Shown here piece by piece: positions 9,477 through 17,971 of a DNA stretch of 31,612 bases (position 1 is the stretch's first letter; each line of letters starts with the position of its first letter). The notes under the pieces were generated by a model. It searched no databases, was not told the DNA's origin, and worked only from the letters and a program-made list of their open reading frames with translations. The stretch is taken from IMG/VR virus record IMGVR_UViG_3300011335_000564, positions 1 through 31,612 of that record; one strand, written 5' to 3'. This DNA is from a virus (lineage: Duplodnaviria > Caudoviricetes). The position numbers and the translations under genes are program-made.

Positions 9477-9506
9477 AAAACCAGATCATTAATTAATCTG
9501 GTTTTA
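9476..9506 (-). terminator. Inverted repeat (attenuator/terminator or translational hairpin) between the decoration-like gene and the HhH gene
   Basis: TAAAACCAGAT-N9-ATCTGGTTTTA is a perfect 11-bp inverted repeat whose arm reaches the A of the ATG at 9476. Confidence 0.55.
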
Positions 9507-9517
9507 GTTTAGCCTAA

Positions 9518-10309
9518 TCAACTAACAACGCGGCCAGTCAGGTAACCATCAATATCTTCGTAGCCAGGAGCTTCGTCAGGCTGGAAGTAACACACTTCAA
9601 CCACAACGTAACCTACACGGCCAGCAGTAGAGTCACCACTGGAGATGTAGAAGCCACCAGACGTAGATGTGGCGGTTTGGCTACCACGCGCTTGGACCGT
9701 ATAGGTGGTAGCAGCAGTGATCTGCTTGTAAACCTTAGGAATCAAGGTTGCAGCAACACCGGTTTCGGTGAGGAACGGCTGGGTTCCATAAGCTGCGGTA
9801 CCAGCAGTGAAGAAGATCTCACCGGCTTGAGTACCAGAAACAGTGGAAACCAAGTTAGCCTGTGCCACTGCCTCACTAACAGTACCCGTCGAAGTCAGGC
9901 CAGGGCCAAACGTAATGACGTTACCGGTTGCGGCGTAGACACCAGATGCAACACGACCATCACCCCAGCCAGAAGCAACAGATGCAGCGGCGCGGTAGAT
10001 GTAAACAGGGCGAGTTGCATCACCAGAGATCACCATGCCGGTGATATCGGTACGGGTGTCATCTTGCCGATAAGGCGAGGGAACGATAACAGAGCCAGAT
10101 GCAACAGGACCTGAGCCGGACGTTGCCGTCACAGCAAGGTAGCCACGGGTTTGGAAATAACGATAGCCAGGGATGGCCAACACTGAAGTTGGACCACCCT
10201 TGGAAGCGTCGATTGTACCGGCGCCGTTATCATCAATGTTTTTATACCAGCCGTTTAGTGGTGAAGACCAGTTGCCGGGATAAATTTTCTTAGCTGAAAG
10301 ATAGGACAT
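9518..10309 (-). CDS. Putative capsid decoration/minor capsid protein
   Basis: 263 aa, Thr/Gly/Ser/Ala-rich, immediately after the MCP. Strong SD (AGGAGG) and capsid-like codon bias. Confidence 0.6.
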   Translation of the reverse strand: MSYLSAKKIYPGNWSSPLNGWYKNIDDNGAGTIDASKGGPTSVLAIPGYRYFQTRGYLAVTATSGSGPVASGSVIVPSPYRQDDTRTDITGMVISGDATRPVYIYRAAASVASGWGDGRVASGVYAATGNVITFGPGLTSTGTVSEAVAQANLVSTVSGTQAGEIFFTAGTAAYGTQPFLTETGVAATLIPKVYKQITAATTYTVQARGSQTATSTSGGFYISSGDSTAGRVGYVVVEVCYFQPDEAPGYEDIDGYLTGRVVS

Positions 10310-10339
10310 TTATTCCTCCTTAATGTAATTTATTCTTTA

Positions 10340-11560
10340 TCAGACAGTGCCGTCATCACGCAGGAAACTGAACGCAGTCGTGATGAAGTCCTTGTTAAGA
10401 ATATCAAAACCAGCATACAGTTGCCAGATCAGGATGATGAAGCGGCTGAAGTCGTCGTTGTTGTTGATCAGGACCTGAGCGTTCGGGCCGCCGATACCAA
10501 CGCCAACAGCTTGAGGACCGAAGAAGTAGCCTTGAGCAACTTCGTAGGTACCAGCACCAGGGGAAGAGCCCAGGGTAGCCGTTTGTGTCTTGTTGGGAAA
10601 GTTGGTCGACTCGAAGAACTTCACGCCTTCAAACTGAACGCCAGTAGGCATTACAGGTTCACCAGCCAGGAAGTAACCTTGACCAGCTTGGGGACCCTGG
10701 AAGAAGCTAGCGTTGTTAGGCATCATGGGGTTACCCATGTACATGCCTTGGCCGGGGTTACCAGAGTAACGAGCGATCTCACGGAAGTCAGGGTCACGAC
10801 GCAGGTGCATCATGAACGTAGGATCGCAGATGCAACGATACAGACCATCAGCGAAGGTAGGAACGTTGCGCTTACGCAGGTCCTTAACAACGGTCAGAAG
10901 GTCGGTACGCACCTGGAACTGTTGAACGTTAGCAGTGTACTCATCTGCGGAGTACACAGGGTTCTTTTCCTTACCACCAGGGAAGTAGTAACCACCTTGG
11001 GTAGAAGAAGCGGGACCGTTAGCTTCAGCTTTGGACAGTTCGTCAAGGAAGACGCGGTCACGCCACCGGCGATAGTCGTCGAGCAGGGTCAGTGAACCGA
11101 TGCTCTGGTGGAACATGTTTAGGTTACCGGTGTCCAGCAGCATGCGCTGGGCGGTAATCAGGGTTCCGATGCTCTGGTGGAACATGTTTAGGTTACCGGT
11201 GTCCAGCAGCATGCGCTGGGCGGTAATCAGGGTTTCACGAGCAATCTTAAAGGTGCTGGGCTGGGTGGGATCGCCGGGGTCCGCAGGGCCGGTGTATTCC
11301 TTAAGCACCACCAGGACTTTCTCCTTGGTGATGTTACGGCTGTTGGCGGTACCAATGGTCTGGTCGGAAATGCGCTCGCGGCTATCCTTAGTACCGGGGT
11401 TGCCCCAGAACTTGTAGCGGTCGAGCTGAACGGTTTGACCTGGTTGACGAGTAAAGTCGTGGACGACCACGGGTTCTACTGCCATCTCGCAGATGTAAGC
11501 AGGATGGGGACGGTAGAGTTCCGCGCCCAAAATCTTAGGAAAGTCGGTATCAATGAACAC
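10340..11560 (-). CDS. Major capsid protein (HK97 fold inferred)
   Basis: 406 aa, GTG start with GGAGG SD and strongly biased codons. Follows portal and scaffold. Motifs 'PGQTVQLDRY', 'VLKEYTGP', 'GVQFEGVKFFESTN' and 'FFGPQAVG...DDFSR...W...AGF' are typical of MCPs. Confidence 0.85.
   Translation of the reverse strand: MFIDTDFPKILGAELYRPHPAYICEMAVEPVVVHDFTRQPGQTVQLDRYKFWGNPGTKDSRERISDQTIGTANSRNITKEKVLVVLKEYTGPADPGDPTQPSTFKIARETLITAQRMLLDTGNLNMFHQSIGTLITAQRMLLDTGNLNMFHQSIGSLTLLDDYRRWRDRVFLDELSKAEANGPASSTQGGYYFPGGKEKNPVYSADEYTANVQQFQVRTDLLTVVKDLRKRNVPTFADGLYRCICDPTFMMHLRRDPDFREIARYSGNPGQGMYMGNPMMPNNASFFQGPQAGQGYFLAGEPVMPTGVQFEGVKFFESTNFPNKTQTATLGSSPGAGTYEVAQGYFFGPQAVGVGIGGPNAQVLINNNDDFSRFIILIWQLYAGFDILNKDFITTAFSFLRDDGTV
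11097..11234. repeat. Exact 69-bp tandem duplication (2 copies), in frame in the MCP
   Basis: 11097-11165 is identical to 11166-11234 and duplicates TLITAQRMLLDTGNLNMFHQSIG. Confidence 0.95.
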
Positions 11561-11606
11561 TTGTGTTTATCCTCCAGTGTCGCAGGACAGGGATGTCAGG
11601 TGAAAG

Positions 11607-11641
11607 ATTTAGACAAGATTGTCTTATCTAAATGAATTTTA
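11607..11641 (-). promoter_or_regulatory. MCP promoter -10 box (TAAAAT 11636-11641) plus 5' hairpin/operator-like inverted repeat
   Basis: Minus strand GCTAAAATTC followed by ATTTAGATAAGA-CAA-TCTTGTCTAAAT (12-bp stem with one U-G pair). Confidence 0.55.
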
Positions 11642-11656
11642 GCAGTTGATAATTTA

Positions 11657-12424
11657 TCAACCCAAATAACGCATTGTAGGCGTAGAATTACGCGCCATGT
11701 AGGTGTTGCTGGAACCCGGCCTTTCGGGATCCGCAATCACATTTGGATCAAATCCGGGGACGCCCATGGCTTGAGCGGCGTCAGAAACGCCGCCGCCAAC
11801 CATCCCACCAAGACCAGCCAAGCCGGCCATGCCTCCCATGTAAAGACCTTGCGTTAAGCGCGTGTCACGAGTAAGGTCTTTCATAGCTTTTTCTCCAGCC
11901 GCCATATTCTCAACAACGTTTGAAAGTTGTTGTCTGGAAGCGGCGGCAGTGGAAGAAGCGCCAGCTTTTGCCGCATTCCTAGCACGGGTTGCATATTCAA
12001 TAGCTGCTTGATCCATGGACTGCATCACAGGAGCTTGGATTGAGCGGGCCATTTGTAGTCCCTGTCCAGCTCTTCCAATTGACCTGCCAGCCAATGCAGC
12101 TAAACCACCAGCGCCTGCCGCTTCGGCAAGAATGCGCCCTGTATCTTTTTCTTCACCACTCATTGCATTTCCTGCTACAGAACCACCCGCACCAATTAGC
12201 CCGTAGGCCAAGGGTGCGTATTGAGCAGTAACAGCAGGTGACAAGGCATCAATAGCAGGTGACATGGCACCTTGAATGGCTTGTGCATACTTACCCGCAA
12301 GGAGGCCTTGAGTTCCCTCAACACCTCCAGCAAGTGCGCCGATCATACGATCACGCTTAGATCCGGCAGGGACATTTCTACCAAGATCACCAAGAATGTT
12401 TCCAGTTCTGGTTAGAAGCCCCAT
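11657..12424 (-). CDS. Gly/Ala-rich putative internal virion protein with glycine-zipper segments
   Basis: 255 aa with GxxxG-rich hydrophobic stretches, between the scaffold and MCP genes. Confidence 0.55.
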   Translation of the reverse strand: MGLLTRTGNILGDLGRNVPAGSKRDRMIGALAGGVEGTQGLLAGKYAQAIQGAMSPAIDALSPAVTAQYAPLAYGLIGAGGSVAGNAMSGEEKDTGRILAEAAGAGGLAALAGRSIGRAGQGLQMARSIQAPVMQSMDQAAIEYATRARNAAKAGASSTAAASRQQLSNVVENMAAGEKAMKDLTRDTRLTQGLYMGGMAGLAGLGGMVGGGVSDAAQAMGVPGFDPNVIADPERPGSSNTYMARNSTPTMRYLG

Positions 12425-12428
12425 TGTG

Positions 12429-13406
12429 TCACTCCATCACAAACAATTTGTTTGCTAGAACTTGAGGTTGAGCTTGGTTAATGACGCGCCAGGCATTCTG
12501 GGGATCACGATCCATCATGTCCTTGAAGCTGCCCCAGAAGTTTTCAGGCTGTTGGGCGGCAACAGCAGAAGGAGGAGCGGGGAATTGACCTTGCTCGTAA
12601 GCAACAGGTTGGGTGCGGTAACCAGGGGTTTCCAGTTGCTGCTCATTCTCGTACACGGGGTACGGACCTTCGGGACCAAAGAACTTCAGCGTGTAATCGC
12701 TTAGTACGTCGGGGTTGGTAAGGATTTCGTTATAAGCAAGGTTCTCTTGATGCTCATTTACAGAGAACTGTGCATAACCCTGGATAGTATTAGCAGCTTG
12801 GTTGCCCCAGGCCACTGCACTATCCAGCATCCCCTCCAGGTTAAGGGCGTAGTTATTTAGGACGGCGGGTGCTTCGATTCCGAACGCGTCCATTACCTGG
12901 CGGCTTTCCTGGCTCATCCCCACGAAGTCCGCGATTTGCTCCAAGGACGGAGTCGAGGAGGTTTGGGAATAGTTGGGCGAGTAGTCCTGGCTGGGAGACC
13001 AGGTCTGCGGAGCCGATTGTTGCGTAGCTGGGCTGCTGACTTGTCCGTAGTTCGCCGGGGCGTACTGAGGAGTCGGTGCTGAGGGTTGCCCCTGGAACGG
13101 GGATTGGACTGGTGCGCTCAGAAGGTTCACTACCTTGTTGAACGCCGACTCCCAAGGATTGCCCGCCGAGGAGGTCTGCGATTGGTCCGCTTGTTGGTAC
13201 TGGGGGGCGTACTGAGTAGGGGCTGATTGGTAGCTGGGGGCTGCCTGAGGTACCGCCTGGGGGTAGCTCATACCCACTTGATACGGCACCGGTGCTGTTT
13301 GGTAACTGGGCGCCGTTGCTGACTGAGCCGGTACCACGTAGCTGCTTGGAGCTACTGCTGGTGCTTGGCTCATCTGTGGGATCGATTGGACGGTAGCGTC
13401 CTGCAT
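12429..13406 (-). CDS. Putative capsid scaffolding protein
   Basis: 325 aa, with a Q/P/S/A-rich disordered N-half and helical C-half, between portal and MCP. SD AAGGAG sits 7 nt before ATG 13406. Confidence 0.7.
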   Translation of the reverse strand: MQDATVQSIPQMSQAPAVAPSSYVVPAQSATAPSYQTAPVPYQVGMSYPQAVPQAAPSYQSAPTQYAPQYQQADQSQTSSAGNPWESAFNKVVNLLSAPVQSPFQGQPSAPTPQYAPANYGQVSSPATQQSAPQTWSPSQDYSPNYSQTSSTPSLEQIADFVGMSQESRQVMDAFGIEAPAVLNNYALNLEGMLDSAVAWGNQAANTIQGYAQFSVNEHQENLAYNEILTNPDVLSDYTLKFFGPEGPYPVYENEQQLETPGYRTQPVAYEQGQFPAPPSAVAAQQPENFWGSFKDMMDRDPQNAWRVINQAQPQVLANKLFVME

Positions 13407-15156
13407 AACTCATCTCCTTTTGTAATGCTTCAAGGGTTCGATACAGATACGGAGTAAGATCCAATCTGGGATCCGCAGCCATCGGTAAGTCCGGTGATTG
13501 CGGGTGGGGGGTCTGCATCATGCCACCCACTAAGCGAGAGAAAGAAGAATATGCATTCTGTAGTTCTCCCACCATCCTGAACGGGAACCCAGATAACATC
13601 TCGGCCCGCTCCTCATCCGTTTTTGACGGGAAGAGGTATTTCAGTGCTTCAATGCTATCAACACCTAATTCTTGTAAGTTGCGTACCACGATGGAATTGT
13701 TGAGGATATCTTGTGTTGAGTCTTCGTATACAGGGCCTAACCAACGCCACTGCACAGTTAAATCACCATCAGGAATAAGACCTAATACACCGGGTGGCAC
13801 TTGTTGTGTTTTGACGCAAGCCATCATTAGTTGCTTGACACGTTCATCGAAACCAGCCATGGCATCGGCATACATATCCAATTGTTCTTGTGGTGCATCT
13901 TCTTTTGGCTCTACTGGTTTCTCAAGGCCAGCGGCAGCAGCTAGCGTCTCACGGAATAAACGCTCTTCTTGGTAGATGATTAACTCAAGGCAACGAGAGA
14001 TGCCATACGTATAAATTGCGTTTGCTTTTTTCTTGGATGTGGCAGATACACGTCCAAATAGTGACTTGTATTCTGTTGCGGTAACACCTGCTGAAATTGA
14101 TAGTTCATCTACACCACCAAGGGCGGTGCGGATTTCTTCTCGGTACTGACGAGCAAATGAATTTTGATCTCCTGTAATTGCATCAGGAACAATGTAACCA
14201 ACTCGGTCATTGGGTTCCAAGTTTGCAATAATCCTTGGAACACGAATCTGTCCATCTACACCACGACTAACGGGATCTGATTTAAACGTAGAACGACTAA
14301 GGGCTGCTTGACTGGTGAAACCTGAGTTGGCTGCAATAGATGGACGCTGTACAACAGAGTCACCACCGGCTTCAATTAGATCTGTCTTGGGGCGAGAAGA
14401 TAGAAGAGTTGGACTACCAAAGAACTGAATGTTCTTGCGCATGGTACGAACCAACTCATCGTGCGTGACAATGTGATTGGCTAAACTATCAAACTCACCT
14501 ACGCCTTCAGTAGAGAAACCCTTAGGGTTATTAAAGATTTCTACGCAAGGAATAAAACCAAGCGTATTTTTAAACGTTTTAGTTTGACCGGATGCAATAG
14601 AGTGTGGCTGATCGAATGAAAGCTCACCCTCTGAGTGGGTCTCTTCTATTGTCTTACGCTTGATAGATAGTTTAATGAAACGCCTGGTACCTTGACCACC
14701 AAGAGTTGCGGGTCCCATTAAATTGCTTTGATTCACGTCTTGCGTGTAACCAAAACCATTGCGTACACGATAGCTGTAGATGATAACAACTTCGTCTAGC
14801 TCTCCGTCAATGTTGTAGTAAGTGCGGTATTCGTGTTTACGGAAAAAGTAAAGACGATAGTTGGCTTGTGTAGGACGTATGTAGAACAGGCCTTGCCCGT
14901 CACACATGTAATAGTCCCAGATCGAATCTAAGCGTGTATCAAGTTGATTGTATTTAACGACGCGATCAATAAAGTCTTTGCGTTGATTGCCAAAGTTGTC
15001 TTGCGCTGGGAAAAATTCAACACCCTGACGGATGCCAAACATTTTCATTTGCGAAAGGTGAGAGGCTACGACACCAGTATCTACGCCAGCTCCTCCGTCC
15101 TTGTCGAGGTAGGAATCAACAATTTCTTTGAGGCGACCCTTGACATCGACAGCCAT
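12853..15156 (-). CDS. Portal protein with long low-complexity C-terminal extension
   Basis: 767 aa between terminase and scaffold/MCP. 'FKNTLGFIPCVEIFNNP...GVGEFD' and 'LTVQWRWLGPVYED' resemble SPP1 gp6-like portals. Confidence 0.8.
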   Translation of the reverse strand: MAVDVKGRLKEIVDSYLDKDGGAGVDTGVVASHLSQMKMFGIRQGVEFFPAQDNFGNQRKDFIDRVVKYNQLDTRLDSIWDYYMCDGQGLFYIRPTQANYRLYFFRKHEYRTYYNIDGELDEVVIIYSYRVRNGFGYTQDVNQSNLMGPATLGGQGTRRFIKLSIKRKTIEETHSEGELSFDQPHSIASGQTKTFKNTLGFIPCVEIFNNPKGFSTEGVGEFDSLANHIVTHDELVRTMRKNIQFFGSPTLLSSRPKTDLIEAGGDSVVQRPSIAANSGFTSQAALSRSTFKSDPVSRGVDGQIRVPRIIANLEPNDRVGYIVPDAITGDQNSFARQYREEIRTALGGVDELSISAGVTATEYKSLFGRVSATSKKKANAIYTYGISRCLELIIYQEERLFRETLAAAAGLEKPVEPKEDAPQEQLDMYADAMAGFDERVKQLMMACVKTQQVPPGVLGLIPDGDLTVQWRWLGPVYEDSTQDILNNSIVVRNLQELGVDSIEALKYLFPSKTDEERAEMLSGFPFRMVGELQNAYSSFSRLVGGMMQTPHPQSPDLPMAADPRLDLTPYLYRTLEALQKEMSYAGRYRPIDPTDEPSTSSSSKQLRGTGSVSNGAQLPNSTGAVSSGYELPPGGTSGSPQLPISPYSVRPPVPTSGPIADLLGGQSLGVGVQQGSEPSERTSPIPVPGATLSTDSSVRPGELRTSQQPSYATIGSADLVSQPGLLAQLFPNLLDSVLGANRGLRGDEPGKPPGNGRVRNRSTRRPK

Positions 15157-15197
15157 TAACTATTCTCAACGCTACTTGTTGTTAGTTTAACAGATTT

Positions 15198-15521
15198 TTA
15201 GGAAATAGTTCTACGCACGTATCCAGGGGGAAGACCTTGACCCATCTGTGGTCCCATAAAGAAACCAGCGTTACCCATTGGCATCATGCCTGACATACCC
15301 ATTGCTTGGCGGTACTTCACATCAAGTGCAGGGCCGTACTCACTTGGGAGCATGGGACGGGTGGGCAGTGTTTCAGTTTCCCCGCCAGGGCGGCTTTGGT
15401 TACGTAGATCGCCGGCACGATTCAATCTCCCGCCAGGAATGGGTAAATCTAAGCCGGCAAAAAAATCATCGTATTGACTTTTTGGAGCACCGGGGACGTT
15501 CATTTGGCCGCGGTAAAGCAT
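15198..15521 (-). CDS. Hypothetical 107-aa protein carrying an MCP-like loop motif
   Basis: Has its own -10-like box (TAAAAT 15544-15549). The C-terminus reads MMPMGNAGFFMGPQMGQG. Confidence 0.65.
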   Translation of the reverse strand: MLYRGQMNVPGAPKSQYDDFFAGLDLPIPGGRLNRAGDLRNQSRPGGETETLPTRPMLPSEYGPALDVKYRQAMGMSGMMPMGNAGFFMGPQMGQGLPPGYVRRTIS

Positions 15522-15546
15522 GTGTCTGATACCTAGTGCTTTTATT

Positions 15547-15732
15547 TTACTCTTCCTCTACTTGGTAACCAGAAGCATCGTGTACCTTACTCAACACAAT
15601 CCCGGCGCCCTTCAAGTCCCAGTTCAAGACATCGCCTTCTTGCCAGCCCAATTCGTCAATTAGTTCATCTGGAAATTCAATAAATAAATCTCCGGAATCA
15701 GCCTCTTGAATTTCTATGATGTAGCCGGTCAT
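15547..15732 (-). CDS. AbrB/MazE/SpoVT-type DNA-binding protein
   Basis: 'GDLFIEFPDELIDELGWQEGDVLNWDLKGAGIVLSKV' fits the swapped-hairpin consensus (i.iP..l...lgw..Gd.l.......i.l.k). ATGA coupling with the upstream gene. Confidence 0.75.
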   Translation of the reverse strand: MTGYIIEIQEADSGDLFIEFPDELIDELGWQEGDVLNWDLKGAGIVLSKVHDASGYQVEEE

Positions 15733-16022
15733 TTTGCTAAGAGCTTTTCTATTAGCTTATCAAGCTTAGTATTGATTTGCTTGAAGTTATCATGCATTTC
15801 TTGAATTTCTCTTAAGAAGTCAACTTTGAGAACATACTCCAAGGGAAGGCGGTTTACTTGATTTTCTAACGAGCTTAACCGGTTCTCTTGTGTATGTAAC
15901 ATGTCATGCAGGGTACGCACTCTTTCGTGTGCGCGGGCAAGAATTTTATTGGCAACCCAGCTGCCACCTCCTATCGAAGAGATAAGAGCCGTTAGGCCAA
16001 GTGCAATATATTCCGGACCCAC
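15729..16022 (-). CDS. Single-TM coiled-coil protein (holin/antiholin-like)
   Basis: N-terminal hydrophobic helix (YIALGLTALISSIGGGSWVA), then a heptad coiled coil ending 'LPLEYVLKVDF...KLDKLIEKLL'. Confidence 0.5.
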   Translation of the reverse strand: MGPEYIALGLTALISSIGGGSWVANKILARAHERVRTLHDMLHTQENRLSSLENQVNRLPLEYVLKVDFLREIQEMHDNFKQINTKLDKLIEKLLAK

Positions 16023-16052
16023 GACCTGAATGCTTTTTTACTATTTTACTAT

Positions 16053-17582
16053 CTAAAAATCAACTTGAAGATTACCCTTACGCATTAAACCTGTAATGAG
16101 CCAGACCAACGAGTCAACACAGTCATCGTGACTGCTGACACCAAAGTTAGTCAACTCCTCGAACAAAGTTGTGAAGTTACGATACCGATTGAATATGACT
16201 TTACGATCTTCAAACATGCCCATGATTCCCCTGAAACGAGCCAGCTTATCAGCTCTGAATGCTTTAACGGGATGCCAAATTAGGTTATATAGTCCTTCAT
16301 TATTAAGACAAACACGTTTAAAGTCAGATTCCAGGGACGCTTGATAAGCTACTGATTCTGACCAAATATCACATGTCGAATAAGTAGGGAAATAAAGACC
16401 ATTCTCCTCTTTGCCAATGATGGACCAGTCATTGAGAAGTTCTTTTAGCTCGTCTAGCTTTTCTAAATTACCCATGACGCGAAGGCGTCTGTAATCAATA
16501 ATATGAATCTGATCACCAATGCGTCCACCAAGAATCATTACTGTGTAATCATTTTTCTCTTTAACTCCAGCAGATAGATCAACCCCAATACCTAACGCAT
16601 CAAACTCAGTTGCAATTTCAGCCTTGACCAGTAGTTCAGGCGAAAGAGAAAGCTCATTCTGTCTGACGATTTGATTCATGTACTGGAAAGAAAAAGCAAT
16701 AGGTGCCTGCCGCTTCTTTTCTTTTAGGTACTCAAGTGACCACATTTCTGGCCAATAAGATTCCTCTTCTCCTGTTATGGGATCCGTGTTGATGGCAGAA
16801 AGAATGATTTGCCGCCAGTTGTTTTGTTCGTTGAAAGTAGTAGCGTGAATATCATCATGCCTAAATCTGGTACCTAGGCAAATTGCGCGTCCCCCTTCAA
16901 ACATGGTGGGAGCAATAACTGCGTTCCAGTTATCTTGCATGGTACGCCGGATATCTGGGTTAGATATGTCAGCACTACTCTTGATAGGGTCATCGATACA
17001 AACTAGATGACTACGTTTGGAGGTAACTGAACCCTTCAGGCCCGCAGCACATAAAGTAAATTGCTCGTCACCTGTGTTTTCAATACCTGCAAAGCGATAA
17101 TCAATTGACCAATACTCGTTACTAGTTACGTTTTTAAGAAGACGCACCGAAGGGAAAACATCTTGGTATCGCTTGCTTTCAATAATGCGTTTGATGGTTG
17201 CTGACTTAGAACGTGCGATATCAACCGTATAAGACAGATACAGAATCTGAAGAGGTTTTTTGGCAGTGGTGTGAACTCCAATTGCCCATGCCGCAAGCAA
17301 ACCCAAGACCGTAGATTTGGCTGAACCCCTGCTGGCAAGTAGATCTAGGTTGGGTCCAGCGATCTTAAGCAGGCAATCACTATCTTGGTTGGGAACTAGA
17401 TGATGGTGCCATTCAAGGTGATGCTTAGCTGGTTTCTTCTTTTCGTCAATGTACTCACAAAAGAAAGCAAAATCTTCCCGTGCCTTTAGAAGTAGATCTT
17501 CGTCATCACGTTTACGCACCTTGTGGTTTTGCGCAGCCGCTTGTGCATTACGCCGATAAGCAAGGTGTGTATGTGCAGGCAT
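16053..17582 (-). CDS. terL: Terminase large subunit
   Basis: Walker A 'SRGSAKST', Walker B 'VCIDDPIK', coupling motif 'LGTRFRHDD', and RNase H-like nuclease motifs 'IGVDLS...NDYT' and 'HDDCVDS'. Confidence 0.92.
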   Translation of the reverse strand: MPAHTHLAYRRNAQAAAQNHKVRKRDDEDLLLKAREDFAFFCEYIDEKKKPAKHHLEWHHHLVPNQDSDCLLKIAGPNLDLLASRGSAKSTVLGLLAAWAIGVHTTAKKPLQILYLSYTVDIARSKSATIKRIIESKRYQDVFPSVRLLKNVTSNEYWSIDYRFAGIENTGDEQFTLCAAGLKGSVTSKRSHLVCIDDPIKSSADISNPDIRRTMQDNWNAVIAPTMFEGGRAICLGTRFRHDDIHATTFNEQNNWRQIILSAINTDPITGEEESYWPEMWSLEYLKEKKRQAPIAFSFQYMNQIVRQNELSLSPELLVKAEIATEFDALGIGVDLSAGVKEKNDYTVMILGGRIGDQIHIIDYRRLRVMGNLEKLDELKELLNDWSIIGKEENGLYFPTYSTCDIWSESVAYQASLESDFKRVCLNNEGLYNLIWHPVKAFRADKLARFRGIMGMFEDRKVIFNRYRNFTTLFEELTNFGVSSHDDCVDSLVWLITGLMRKGNLQVDF

Positions 17583-17613
17583 CTTCAGTAATTAACCGTT
17601 ACTGAATACTAAC

Positions 17614-17775
17614 CTAATCTTCTTTCTTTTTACGTTTTGACTCTTGGTATTTACGCGCCTTGTCTAATGCAGCTTTACGCTTTTCCTTATCATTCATCTC
17701 TGAGCCATCTTCTTTCTTAGCATCTTTCTTTTTCAGATACTCAAGAAATTGAGGTGGCATCTTTTTCTTACTCAT
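17614..17775 (-). CDS. Small Lys-rich protein, 53 aa
   Basis: Manual translation MSKKKMPPQFLEYLKKKDAKKEDGSEMNDKEKRKAALDKARKYQESKRKKKED*. ATGA overlap with the upstream ORF. Confidence 0.65.
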   Translation of the reverse strand: MSKKKMPPQFLEYLKKKDAKKEDGSEMNDKEKRKAALDKARKYQESKRKKKED

Positions 17776-17960
17776 TTCTGCATCTGTACTGGTGAAAGCC
17801 TATTAGCACGGCCAGGCCCAAAGTCAATACCTGAACGCATCTCTTGTCCGCGATCCATCGAGGATTGTTCCAATGCGCGGCGACGCATTGCCTGGCTCTC
17901 CATTGCTTGCTGCTCTTGAGCGGCACCCATTTTATTCAAATTACCAGTGCCAGCACCCAT
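17772..17960 (-). CDS. Hypothetical protein, 62 aa
   Basis: Fills the operon gap and is coupled to the downstream ORF via ATGA. Confidence 0.6.
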   Translation of the reverse strand: MGAGTGNLNKMGAAQEQQAMESQAMRRRALEQSSMDRGQEMRSGIDFGPGRANRLSPVQMQK

Positions 17961-17971
17961 GTCAGTTGCAG

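Noticed and set aside
9677-11635. Long plus-strand ORFs (145, 224, 105 and 66 aa) opposite the capsid genes
   Set aside because: Expected from the biased codon usage of highly expressed genes; no SD or recognisable motifs.
15547-16022. Toxin-antitoxin pair (MazE-like gene plus neighbour)
   Set aside because: The neighbours lack PIN, MazF or RelE features. A solo AbrB-like regulator is more likely.
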